Positions 38,250 through 46,333 of a stretch of 64,000 bases of DNA are shown piece by piece. The notes under the pieces are model-generated. The model was given only the letters and a program-made list of their open reading frames with translations. It did not search any database and had not been told where the DNA came from. The stretch is taken from assembly GCA_963826215.1 (NCBI GenBank), contig CAWGWL010000037.1:27921-91920 (forward strand). Reading direction: 5' to 3'. The translations under genes and the position numbers were made by a program. Source of the DNA: an uncultured Chloroflexia bacterium (GTDB taxonomy: Bacteria > Chloroflexota > Anaerolineae > Anaerolineales > Villigracilaceae). How positions within the stretch are numbered: position 1 is the stretch's first letter; each line of letters starts with the position of its first letter.

Positions 38250-39836
38250 TTAGTTCGCTAAATACTGTTTTCCGATGCCCGACACCAGTGCATCAAAGGC
38301 GATGTGGATCCTGGCATAATTGCCGTCGCGGTCAAGTGCAATCCCGCGCCCGATGCCGGTGACAACCTGACCCACTCCGATCTCGTCCATCTTGTGTTCC
38401 AACATCTGCAACAAATCTGGAGCGCTGCCAGGTTCGGTGCTTCGCCCGTCGAATATGACATGCAAGAAAACCTCATTAAGACCACGTTCTTTCGCCATTT
38501 TCAAGAGCGCCAATGGGTAGTCAATCGAACCATGAGAACTTTTTTCTGTGAGCAAGCCAATCAGATGGAGGCGTTTGTTTCGCAATTTGACATCATTGAT
38601 CGTTTTGCAGAGAATCTCATTGCTAAAAAATGAACCGTCCTGCATGGCCAGGTCAAGGCGAACGTCATCCTGCAGGACGACGCGCCCGGCACCGATATTC
38701 ATATGGCCGGCTTCCGAATTCCCCGCTTTACCCGCTTTCAATCCCACTGCCTCGCCAGCAGCCTGAAGCTGGCTACAAGGGTAGCGATTAAGCAGATCAT
38801 CCCATACAGGAGTTTCGGCGAGAAATATTGGATTGGTATCATCTTGACTGCCAATGCCCCAGCCATCCAGGATGACCAGAATCACCCTTCGCTTACCACC
38901 CCAGTGGTACTCAATTACCAGGTTTTTGCCTGACATGACGGCTGGTTGAGCTATATCAAGGGCTGATAAAACCGTTGGCGTTACATCTGCCAACATCCCC
39001 TCTTTCAGACGGACGGGAGCGGATGACCGTGGATCGATCAAAAGGAAAGGAACCGGATTGGTTGTATGCGCCACGTGCGGAGTGCCATCCGGGTTGGTCA
39101 ATAATTCCAGGTTGCCATGATCGGCAGTGATAAGAACAACGTAATCTGAAGCAAGGGCAGCCTCCACCACAAGCCCCAAACGATGGTCCACCAGCGATGC
39201 GCATTGAATCTTGGCTTCCCGATTAGCCGTATGGCCAATCACATCACCATTGGCAAAGTTGGTCACTATCAGATCATATTTCTCTTCGATACCCTGCAGC
39301 ACACGCCTGGTAACCTGAGCCAGGCTCAGCTCAGGCACCTTGTCAAAAGGAATGCCCCTGGGAGAGGGGATACGCACTTGATCCTCCCCGGCGAACGGGT
39401 GGTTTTCTCCCCCATTGAAGAAGAAGGTGACATGGGAGAATTTTTCAGATTCAGCCACTCGAAGCTGGCGCAGGCCTGCCCGGGCAACCAATTCTCCCAA
39501 TGTATCATGAACCCTGGTTGGGGCGAATGCCACCGGAAGATCCTTGAACTTGTCATGATAGAGAGTCAGGATGACAAAACTCAGGTCAGAGAGATCTGGC
39601 CGTGCGAAGTGGTCGAAACCCGGTTCAGTAAAGGCTTCGGTTAACTCTATTTCGCGTTCACCGCGCCGGCAGCAGAAGATTACGGCATCGCCATTTTGTA
39701 TTCGGCCGATTGGATACCCTGGCGCACTGGTCAGCACGACCGGTTCGAGGGAATAATCCGACTGTCCGGCTGCATACAATTCCCTCACCGCACCAGCCAA
39801 TGCAACGGCACCCCGGGGAAGATGATTCTGCAACAT
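38250..39836 (-). CDS. GpmI-like cofactor-independent phosphoglycerate-mutase family protein with circularly permuted domain order
   Basis: One uninterrupted ORF. Residues ~20-315 carry C-terminal iPGM motifs (LRQLRVAESEKFSHVTFFFNGG, NFANGDVIGHT, ITADHGN, HTTNPVP). Residues ~322-530 carry N-terminal iPGM motifs (VILVILDGWGI, GNSEAGHMNIGAGR, LHLIGLL, FDGRS). GGAGG 4 nt before ATG 39836. Confidence 0.7.
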   Translation of the reverse strand: MLQNHLPRGAVALAGAVRELYAAGQSDYSLEPVVLTSAPGYPIGRIQNGDAVIFCCRRGEREIELTEAFTEPGFDHFARPDLSDLSFVILTLYHDKFKDLPVAFAPTRVHDTLGELVARAGLRQLRVAESEKFSHVTFFFNGGENHPFAGEDQVRIPSPRGIPFDKVPELSLAQVTRRVLQGIEEKYDLIVTNFANGDVIGHTANREAKIQCASLVDHRLGLVVEAALASDYVVLITADHGNLELLTNPDGTPHVAHTTNPVPFLLIDPRSSAPVRLKEGMLADVTPTVLSALDIAQPAVMSGKNLVIEYHWGGKRRVILVILDGWGIGSQDDTNPIFLAETPVWDDLLNRYPCSQLQAAGEAVGLKAGKAGNSEAGHMNIGAGRVVLQDDVRLDLAMQDGSFFSNEILCKTINDVKLRNKRLHLIGLLTEKSSHGSIDYPLALLKMAKERGLNEVFLHVIFDGRSTEPGSAPDLLQMLEHKMDEIGVGQVVTGIGRGIALDRDGNYARIHIAFDALVSGIGKQYLAN

Positions 39837-39860
39837 CTGTCCTCCAATATCCCACAACTC

Positions 39861-40607
39861 TTATGGAAATTTGGCCTGGTGGTTCCCTGGGAAAATATCC
39901 AGAAGCTGATGGAACGCGTGGATGATTATGTCAGGCCGGTTCTCATCCGTTACGGTTTCTTTTACTAGTTCTTCGGGAGAAATCATGATAATTACCATTC
40001 CGAACCCTGCAGCGCGGGTACCCGTTATGTCGCGATTAAGGTTATCGCCCACATAAACGCAACGCGCCGCTTCGACCCCAGCCCTTCGGGCTGCCTCGAG
40101 ATAAATTGCAGGGTCCGGTTTTCGTTTACCAAAAACTGAAGAAAGCAGGACGGATTTGAAATAGGGAGCAAACCCTTCCGCCTCCAACCAATCCGGGATC
40201 TCACGCGTGCCGATCAAGTTGCTGATGATGCCAAGGGTATAACCGCGCCGGTGAAGTTCAGCCACGACTTCCTTGCCGTTCTCCACCACCACCCTGCGCC
40301 CCATTGATTGGCGAAACTGATAGGTCAGTTCCTCTCCCAGTGGGGCGATTTTTTCAACAGGAAAGTCAGGTGTGAGCCAACGCGTCCACAATTCTGACTC
40401 AGGAGCTTCGGTCAAGTACTCGAAGGCCCATTTCCGGTAGCTCTTGTAACGGTCGTCGAGTTTTGTGTAGAAAGCATTTGGATCTTCGTTTGTCCCGACC
40501 AGGCGGACGATCTCCTGCCTTGCCCGGGTCATATGAGCCTGATCCTTGACCAGCATGCGCAGGGTATTGCCCAAGTCAATGAATATGGCTTCAATCATTG
40601 CGCTCAT
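39861..40607 (-). CDS. HAD-superfamily hydrolase
   Basis: IFIDLGNTL, IISNL, KRKPDP, VGDNLNRDI. Confidence 0.85.
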   Translation of the reverse strand: MSAMIEAIFIDLGNTLRMLVKDQAHMTRARQEIVRLVGTNEDPNAFYTKLDDRYKSYRKWAFEYLTEAPESELWTRWLTPDFPVEKIAPLGEELTYQFRQSMGRRVVVENGKEVVAELHRRGYTLGIISNLIGTREIPDWLEAEGFAPYFKSVLLSSVFGKRKPDPAIYLEAARRAGVEAARCVYVGDNLNRDITGTRAAGFGMVIIMISPEELVKETVTDENRPDIIIHAFHQLLDIFPGNHQAKFP

Positions 40608-40611
40608 TGCA

Positions 40612-41343
40612 TCACCTTTTAGGCGGAAAGATATCCAACAATTCTTTCATTTCACGGATGGTGTAATCGGGTTTAATTTCAACGGGGGGCGGTTCCTTGG
40701 CCTGAGTGGCCGGCTCGAAAAACAGGATAAACATCCCATATCCTGCTGCCCGGGTGCCTTCCACATCTCGTACAGGGTTGTCACCCACGTAGACACATTT
40801 TTCCGGTTTTACCCCAATCCGGCGGGCTGCTTCCCAATAGATCTCCGGATTTGGTTTTCGAATTCCTAATTTAGAGGAAAGGACGACCGTCTTGAAATAA
40901 CCAGTCAGACCGTCTGTTTCCAAATAATCCGGAATTTCGGTTTCGGTAATTGTGTTGGCAATGATCCCAAGAAGGTAGCCTCGCCGGCTTAGTTCAATTA
41001 CTGTTTCCTTCACATCCTGGCGGGGAACCCGGCGACCATCACAGTCCCGCCACAGGCGGGTCAACTTTCCAGACAGCGGGGCGATCTTATCAGCAGGAAA
41101 ATCAGGCAGCATCCAGTGCGTCCACATTTCTCTTTCGGAGGCCTCGATCAGCTTTTCTTTGGCCTGCTTCCGCAAGCTTTTATAGCGTTCCTCGAGAATA
41201 TGATGGAATTCATCAGGAGTCTCCTTTGCGCCAGTCAACTCAGCCAGTTGCTGACGGGATAAGGCCTGGAAATCCTTGTCTTCAATCACGATGCGCAACG
41301 TATTCCCAACATCCAGAAAAATTGCTTCAATATCACTTTGCAT
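40612..41343 (-). CDS. HAD-superfamily hydrolase
   Basis: IFLDVGNTL, IIANT, IRKPNP, VGDNPVRDV. Close paralogue of 39861..40607. Confidence 0.85.
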   Translation of the reverse strand: MQSDIEAIFLDVGNTLRIVIEDKDFQALSRQQLAELTGAKETPDEFHHILEERYKSLRKQAKEKLIEASEREMWTHWMLPDFPADKIAPLSGKLTRLWRDCDGRRVPRQDVKETVIELSRRGYLLGIIANTITETEIPDYLETDGLTGYFKTVVLSSKLGIRKPNPEIYWEAARRIGVKPEKCVYVGDNPVRDVEGTRAAGYGMFILFFEPATQAKEPPPVEIKPDYTIREMKELLDIFPPKR

Positions 41344-41438
41344 GAGTGCCCTCCTTGCATAGGTGCGCCATGGAATGACAAATTATTCCATTGCTGTTTC
41401 AATCCAAAATCGTTTTGTAACATTTCTTACGTTTGCAA

Positions 41439-41467
41439 ATGATACAACATTTCTAAAAATTATGCAA
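41439..41467 (-). promoter_or_regulatory. Candidate sigma-70-type promoter for the HAD-mutase-kinase operon
   Basis: Minus strand TTGCAT (41462-41467), 17 nt, TATCAT (41439-41444). Shares the upstream TGAAAGAAYACTTGCA box with 32350-32390. Confidence 0.35.
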
Positions 41468-41484
41468 GTATTCTTTCAAAACCA

Positions 41485-41513
41485 TTGACTTTTCGTTCAA
41501 AATTGAGTAAACT
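41485..41513 (+). promoter_or_regulatory. Candidate sigma-70-type promoter for the lacI-led operon
   Basis: TTGACT (41485-41490), 17 nt, TAAACT (41508-41513). The operator palindrome starts 12 nt downstream. Confidence 0.4.
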
Positions 41514-41524
41514 AAGAAAAGAAT

Positions 41525-41538
41525 TGCACACGTGTGCA
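41525..41538. promoter_or_regulatory. LacI-family operator candidate (perfect 14-bp palindrome TGCACACGTGTGCA)
   Basis: CG-centred perfect palindrome 30 nt upstream of the LacI start. An identical core is found at 48992-49005. Confidence 0.6.
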
Positions 41539-41567
41539 TAATTTCCAGCTACAAGGAAAGTAATGGA

Positions 41568-42638
41568 ATGCCGATCACGATAAAGGATATTGCCAAACGG
41601 ACAGAAGTCTCGCATTCCACTGTTTCGAGAGCGCTACATGGTAGCCCGCTGATCGCTCAAGACACTTCGGAAAGGATCCAGCAGGTCGCGCGCGAATTAG
41701 GCTACTTCCCCAGTGCCGCTGCCCGCAGCCTTAAAACCAACCGATCGCAAGCCCTGGGGGTTATTTTGAGCAGCGTAGAGGACCCATTCTTTAGTGAAAT
41801 TTTGCAAGGCATCGAAGAAGTCGCTCAAAAAACCGGTTACAGCCTATTTATAGCCGCCTCACAGCATGATCCTGAAAGAGAACGAGCCATCGTCCAAGCC
41901 ATGAGTGAGCACCGGGTAGACGGGGTGATCATCTGCTCTGCTTCTTTTAAATCCGAGCAGCGCAGGCAGTTCCTCACGTACGGTGTACCCATCGTGGTGG
42001 TTAATAACCAGTCTGCTGAAGATTACCGATATTCGATTTATCACGATGATGTGGACGGCAGCCGCCAGATCACCCAGCATCTGCTTGACCTGGGACACCG
42101 ACTGATAGCCTATCTTGGCAATTCTTCCTCCGGAAGAACCACCCTAGACCGGTTGAGCGGGTTTAAGCAAGCAATGGAAGCGGCAGGAAAGACTGTCTCG
42201 GATGAATACATTCATGAAGTTGCTGGTGGGGGTCCAGCGGACGGTCTTGCAGGGGTGGAATACTTCCTATCCCTGAGTCTCCGACCCACTGCCCTGGTTT
42301 GCTATAACGATATGATGGCAATCGGCGTTCTTAAAGGATTGCAGGCAGCAGGTATAGATGTGCCGGACAAGTTCTCTGTGACCGGGTTTGACAATATCAT
42401 TTTCTCAGCGTACACCCATCCACCATTGACCACCTTCGATCAGCCCAAACGATTTATTGGAGCCGAGGCTGCCCGGCTGGTGCTGGAACTGCTCGAAATG
42501 CCGCCTGGAGAAGATTCTGAGGAGCCCAAAGTAAGGATGTTAAAGGGTCAACTCCTGGTGAGGGAAACCACCGCGAAACCAGCAAACAAAGGGCGGCGGG
42601 CACCGTCCGCGGGGCGGGATGCCTCCCCGGAAGCGTGA
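41568..42638 (+). CDS. LacI/GalR family transcriptional regulator
   Basis: MPITIKDIAKRTEVSHSTVSRALHG HTH plus a periplasmic-binding-protein-like sugar-binding core. Lys/Arg/Pro-rich C-terminal tail. Confidence 0.9.
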   Translation: MPITIKDIAKRTEVSHSTVSRALHGSPLIAQDTSERIQQVARELGYFPSAAARSLKTNRSQALGVILSSVEDPFFSEILQGIEEVAQKTGYSLFIAASQHDPERERAIVQAMSEHRVDGVIICSASFKSEQRRQFLTYGVPIVVVNNQSAEDYRYSIYHDDVDGSRQITQHLLDLGHRLIAYLGNSSSGRTTLDRLSGFKQAMEAAGKTVSDEYIHEVAGGGPADGLAGVEYFLSLSLRPTALVCYNDMMAIGVLKGLQAAGIDVPDKFSVTGFDNIIFSAYTHPPLTTFDQPKRFIGAEAARLVLELLEMPPGEDSEEPKVRMLKGQLLVRETTAKPANKGRRAPSAGRDASPEA

Positions 42639-42654
42639 TTAGCACAAGATAATC

Positions 42655-44130
42655 ATGAGTACAATTTCCTCCAGCTTGTCCCATTTGGACCTGAATATTT
42701 TCCCCCATTCGCCGGTAACCCATAACGGCGTGGAATACGCCATGGCAAAAACCAAGGCCGGACCGGTATTGGCTGTACTGGCAGATCCTCCCAACCTGGC
42801 AGGATTCGAGGGGGAATGCTCTGAATTGGATGGGAAAGCCCTGTTGACAGGTCTATGTAATCCAAAAAATGCCTCTGAGTTACGATCCCGGCTCAACTGG
42901 CTGCGACCATCCCTTCTTGGCTTGCGCACCTCGGCCGGGATGGGCGACCGGTTAGGCCTGGCCACTCCCGGCCACGTGCGCGCAGTTCGCGCTACAGGCG
43001 GGAAAATCGCTCCAGTTTTTACCCAGCAGTCAATTCGTGAAATGACCCGTACCGGGCGCACGCCACAGCAGGTAATGGATGATGCGACATGGGGAATTTT
43101 CCAGGAAGGCTGGAAGGGCGGACATGGCGCTGACGCTGACCACCTTAAAACCCCGGCTGATATCGACGCCTGCCTGGCAGCAGGCTACACTTTTTTTACA
43201 ATTGATCCGGGTGCTTATGTGGAAAACCGCGCCGAAACAGCCCAATTGAGCGATCTACGTGAACTAGCCGAAAGTCTCCCTATTGACTTCCATCCCCGTC
43301 TCAGCAGCCTGCGCGGCAAAAATTTCAATTTTGAGGGCCTAAGGTTATCTTTCAGTGAGACGGTGCTGCTCAAAGCTGCCGTCAAGTACGGTAATGCCAT
43401 TGCCCACGTGGCCTCCATGTACCAATACCTGGTGGTGGCAGCCGGCAACCGCCCATTCGAGATGGAAATCTCCGTTGATGAAACCGACCAACCCACCTCT
43501 CACGCAGAGCACCTATATATTGCCCATGAGCTAAAAAGGCTTGGTGTGAAGTGGGTAAGCCTGGCACCACGCTATATTGGTCGCTTCGAAAAAGGCGTGG
43601 ATTATATTGGTGACCTGGCTGCCTTCGAATCCTGCCTAGAAGGACATGCTGCCATCGCCCGGGAATTTGGTCCTTATAAACTCAGCCTGCATTCCGGCTC
43701 GGATAAATTCAGCATATACCCGGCAGTGGCACGCCAGACCCATGGCCTGGTCCATTTGAAAACTGCCGGGACAAGCTATCTCGAAGCGCTGCGAACGATC
43801 GCCGAACTCAACACAGAGTTTTTTCGCGAACTATACATTTTTGCCCGGCAGCATTACGACTCTGACAAGGCCAGCTACCACGTCTCAGCGGAAGTGAGCA
43901 GGGCACCTCAACCGCAGGACGTTACAAATTGGCCAAGCCTGCTCGACCAATTCGACGCACGTGAAATTCTACATGTCACCTTCGGCTCAGTGCTGACCGG
44001 GAGATCCGCCGAAGGTGGATGGCTGTTCCATGACCGATTGATAAACCTGCTGCGTTTGAACCCGGAAGCCTATGCCTCGAATCTGGAAAAACATTTTTCA
44101 CGCCACCTGGCTCCATTCGTGGTGGGATAG
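42655..44130 (+). CDS. UxaE-family tagaturonate/fructuronate epimerase-like protein (the family also contains hexose-6-phosphate 4-epimerases)
   Basis: 491 aa with GMGDRLGLATPGH, GADADHLK, SLHSGSDKFSIYP and HLKTAGTSYLEALR, which I recognise as family motifs from memory. Confidence 0.6.
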   Translation: MSTISSSLSHLDLNIFPHSPVTHNGVEYAMAKTKAGPVLAVLADPPNLAGFEGECSELDGKALLTGLCNPKNASELRSRLNWLRPSLLGLRTSAGMGDRLGLATPGHVRAVRATGGKIAPVFTQQSIREMTRTGRTPQQVMDDATWGIFQEGWKGGHGADADHLKTPADIDACLAAGYTFFTIDPGAYVENRAETAQLSDLRELAESLPIDFHPRLSSLRGKNFNFEGLRLSFSETVLLKAAVKYGNAIAHVASMYQYLVVAAGNRPFEMEISVDETDQPTSHAEHLYIAHELKRLGVKWVSLAPRYIGRFEKGVDYIGDLAAFESCLEGHAAIAREFGPYKLSLHSGSDKFSIYPAVARQTHGLVHLKTAGTSYLEALRTIAELNTEFFRELYIFARQHYDSDKASYHVSAEVSRAPQPQDVTNWPSLLDQFDAREILHVTFGSVLTGRSAEGGWLFHDRLINLLRLNPEAYASNLEKHFSRHLAPFVVG

Positions 44131-44970
44131 GTGCATATGAACTCTACAATAATTCAAAATTCCTTTGATCTTTCAGGCAAGGTCGCCGTAGTCACTGGCG
44201 GTGCGGGGGTACTGTGCGGGGCGATTTGCCGCGCCCTGGCAACTACCAGAGCAAAAGTAGCCATACTCGACCTGAATGTGGAGGCCGCCGACTTCCTGGC
44301 CACGGAGATCGGGACCAACGGTGGTGAAGCCATGAGCGTGGGCTGTAATGTGCTGGAGAAGGAAAGCCTGGAAGCTGCCGCAAAGGAAGTAGTGGCAAAA
44401 TTGGGATGTGTCGATATGCTGGTCAATGGCGCTGGCGGAAACAATCCGGCAGCAACCACCAGCCCGACCCAATCTTTTTTTGACCTGCCCGCGGAAGCGC
44501 TACGATGGGTCTTTGAGTTAAACCTGATGGGTACCATCCTGCCTTCCCAGGTGTTCGGTAAATATATGGCCGGGCAGAAATCGGGAGTCATCTTGAATAT
44601 TACGTCGATGAATGCCTTTCGTCCGCTAACACGCATTGCAGCCTATTCAGCCGCGAAGGCAGGAGTGGCGAATTTCACCCAGTGGCTGGCGGTTCATATG
44701 GCGCAGGAGGTTTCACCCGCGATCAGAGTAAACGCCATCGCCCCGGGATTCTTCCTGACAGACCAGAACCGTTTCCTCCTGATAGAAAAAACGAGCAACG
44801 AACTGACACCGCGCGGTCAATCCATCATCAACCATACACCCCTTAGTCGTTTTGGAACTCCCGAGGATCTGCTGGGAACAGTTTTGTGGCTGCTTTCTCC
44901 TGCCTCCGCTTTTGTGACCGGAATAGTGGTGCCGGTGGATGGCGGGTTCTCTGCCTTCAGCGGAGTATAA
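44131..44970 (+). CDS. SDR-family oxidoreductase (UxuB/YjmF-like fructuronate/mannonate oxidoreductase candidate)
   Basis: VVTGGAGVLCG Rossmann motif, NGAGGN, and YSAAKAG catalytic Tyr-x3-Lys. Confidence 0.8.
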   Translation: MHMNSTIIQNSFDLSGKVAVVTGGAGVLCGAICRALATTRAKVAILDLNVEAADFLATEIGTNGGEAMSVGCNVLEKESLEAAAKEVVAKLGCVDMLVNGAGGNNPAATTSPTQSFFDLPAEALRWVFELNLMGTILPSQVFGKYMAGQKSGVILNITSMNAFRPLTRIAAYSAAKAGVANFTQWLAVHMAQEVSPAIRVNAIAPGFFLTDQNRFLLIEKTSNELTPRGQSIINHTPLSRFGTPEDLLGTVLWLLSPASAFVTGIVVPVDGGFSAFSGV

Positions 44971-45016
44971 GTCGTTCACTAACAAAGATTCTCACCGTCC
45001 AAACTTTGACTGGCAA

Positions 45017-46333
45017 ATGATCAATTCACAAGCCATCGCCCCGCAAGGAACCCTGCTCAATGAGCAGATCATCCTCGAAACCCTGCAAAAAGGTCTCGCA
45101 GGGCGATTTGCACACCAGAAGGTCCTAGTACTGATCCCCGACCAGACACGTTCGCTTCCTCTGCCAAACCTGTTTCGCGCCCTGGTCGAGGTATTGCGCG
45201 AAACGAAACAATTGGATTTCATGGTTGCCCTGGGTACACACCCAACATTGACCGAGGAGAACCTGAATAATCTGGTGGGGATCAGCTCTGAAGAACGCCG
45301 CACGAAATACGAATCGATAGGTCTGCTAACGCATGCCTGGAACGATGGGCAGGGGTTGACGTCCATTGGCACACTAGAATCTGAAGAGATCAAAACCATC
45401 GCCGGAACACACTGGCATAGCTCCCTTCCGGAGCGAGTGGACATCCGAATTAACAGGGCTGCGCTGGAATATGATGCCCTTCTCATCCTTGGGCCCACCT
45501 TTCCTCACGAAGTGGCGGGTTTTTCAGGTGGTGCCAAGTATCTTTTCCCGGGCATCTCCGGCCCGGAGATGATCAATGCCACCCACTGGCTGGGCGCGCT
45601 TGCTGGAGTAGTCGGCACAATAGGGATCAAAGACACCCCTGTCCGCACCATGATCCACGCAGCGGCAAGACGACTAAGCACCCCGGTCACACTGGTTGCA
45701 TTGACGGTGGCAGCCTCGGTTGATATCGTCGCTGGTCACCCGCTGGCCGGGTTGTTCATTGGCGACATCTTCCAGGCCTGGAGTGCTTCGGCAGACCTTT
45801 CTGCGAAGTGTCATATCCATTGGTGTGATAAACCTTTCAAGCGCGTGCTATCCTGTGCACCTTCCATGTACAACGAACTATGGACCGCGGCCAAAGCCAT
45901 GTATAAGCTCGAACCGGCGGTAACCTGCGGTGGCGAGGTGATCATTCATGCTCCGCATCTTGAAACGATCAGCCAGGTTCACGGCAAATACATTTATGAA
46001 ATCGGCTATCACATATTGCCGTATTTCCTGAACAACTGGGAGCAATTCAAGCATGTCCCGCTGGGGGTGCTGGCGCACAGCACTCATTTGCGCGGCTCAG
46101 GCACGATGGAGAATGGTGTTGAAAAGCCAAACGTACACGTCTGCCTTTCCAGTAAAATATCCGCTGAAGATTGCACCCGTCTCAATCTGGGCTACCTCGA
46201 TCCGGCGAAAATAAATCATGATGAATGGAAAGACCTGCAGGATGAGGGCGTCCTTTACGTTCCCAGGGCTGGCGAGGTTCTATACCGGTTAATTAATCAG
46301 ATTCACCTTCCGGCATCATTTGGAGAGGATTAA
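45017..46333 (+). CDS. LarA-family (DUF2088, nickel-pincer-nucleotide-dependent 2-hydroxyacid racemase/epimerase) protein
   Basis: VALGTHP and PHEVAGFSGGAKYLFPG (the Lys corresponds to the cofactor-tethering Lys of lactate racemase). Start placed at ATG 45017, after the SDR stop. Confidence 0.7.
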   Translation: MINSQAIAPQGTLLNEQIILETLQKGLAGRFAHQKVLVLIPDQTRSLPLPNLFRALVEVLRETKQLDFMVALGTHPTLTEENLNNLVGISSEERRTKYESIGLLTHAWNDGQGLTSIGTLESEEIKTIAGTHWHSSLPERVDIRINRAALEYDALLILGPTFPHEVAGFSGGAKYLFPGISGPEMINATHWLGALAGVVGTIGIKDTPVRTMIHAAARRLSTPVTLVALTVAASVDIVAGHPLAGLFIGDIFQAWSASADLSAKCHIHWCDKPFKRVLSCAPSMYNELWTAAKAMYKLEPAVTCGGEVIIHAPHLETISQVHGKYIYEIGYHILPYFLNNWEQFKHVPLGVLAHSTHLRGSGTMENGVEKPNVHVCLSSKISAEDCTRLNLGYLDPAKINHDEWKDLQDEGVLYVPRAGEVLYRLINQIHLPASFGED

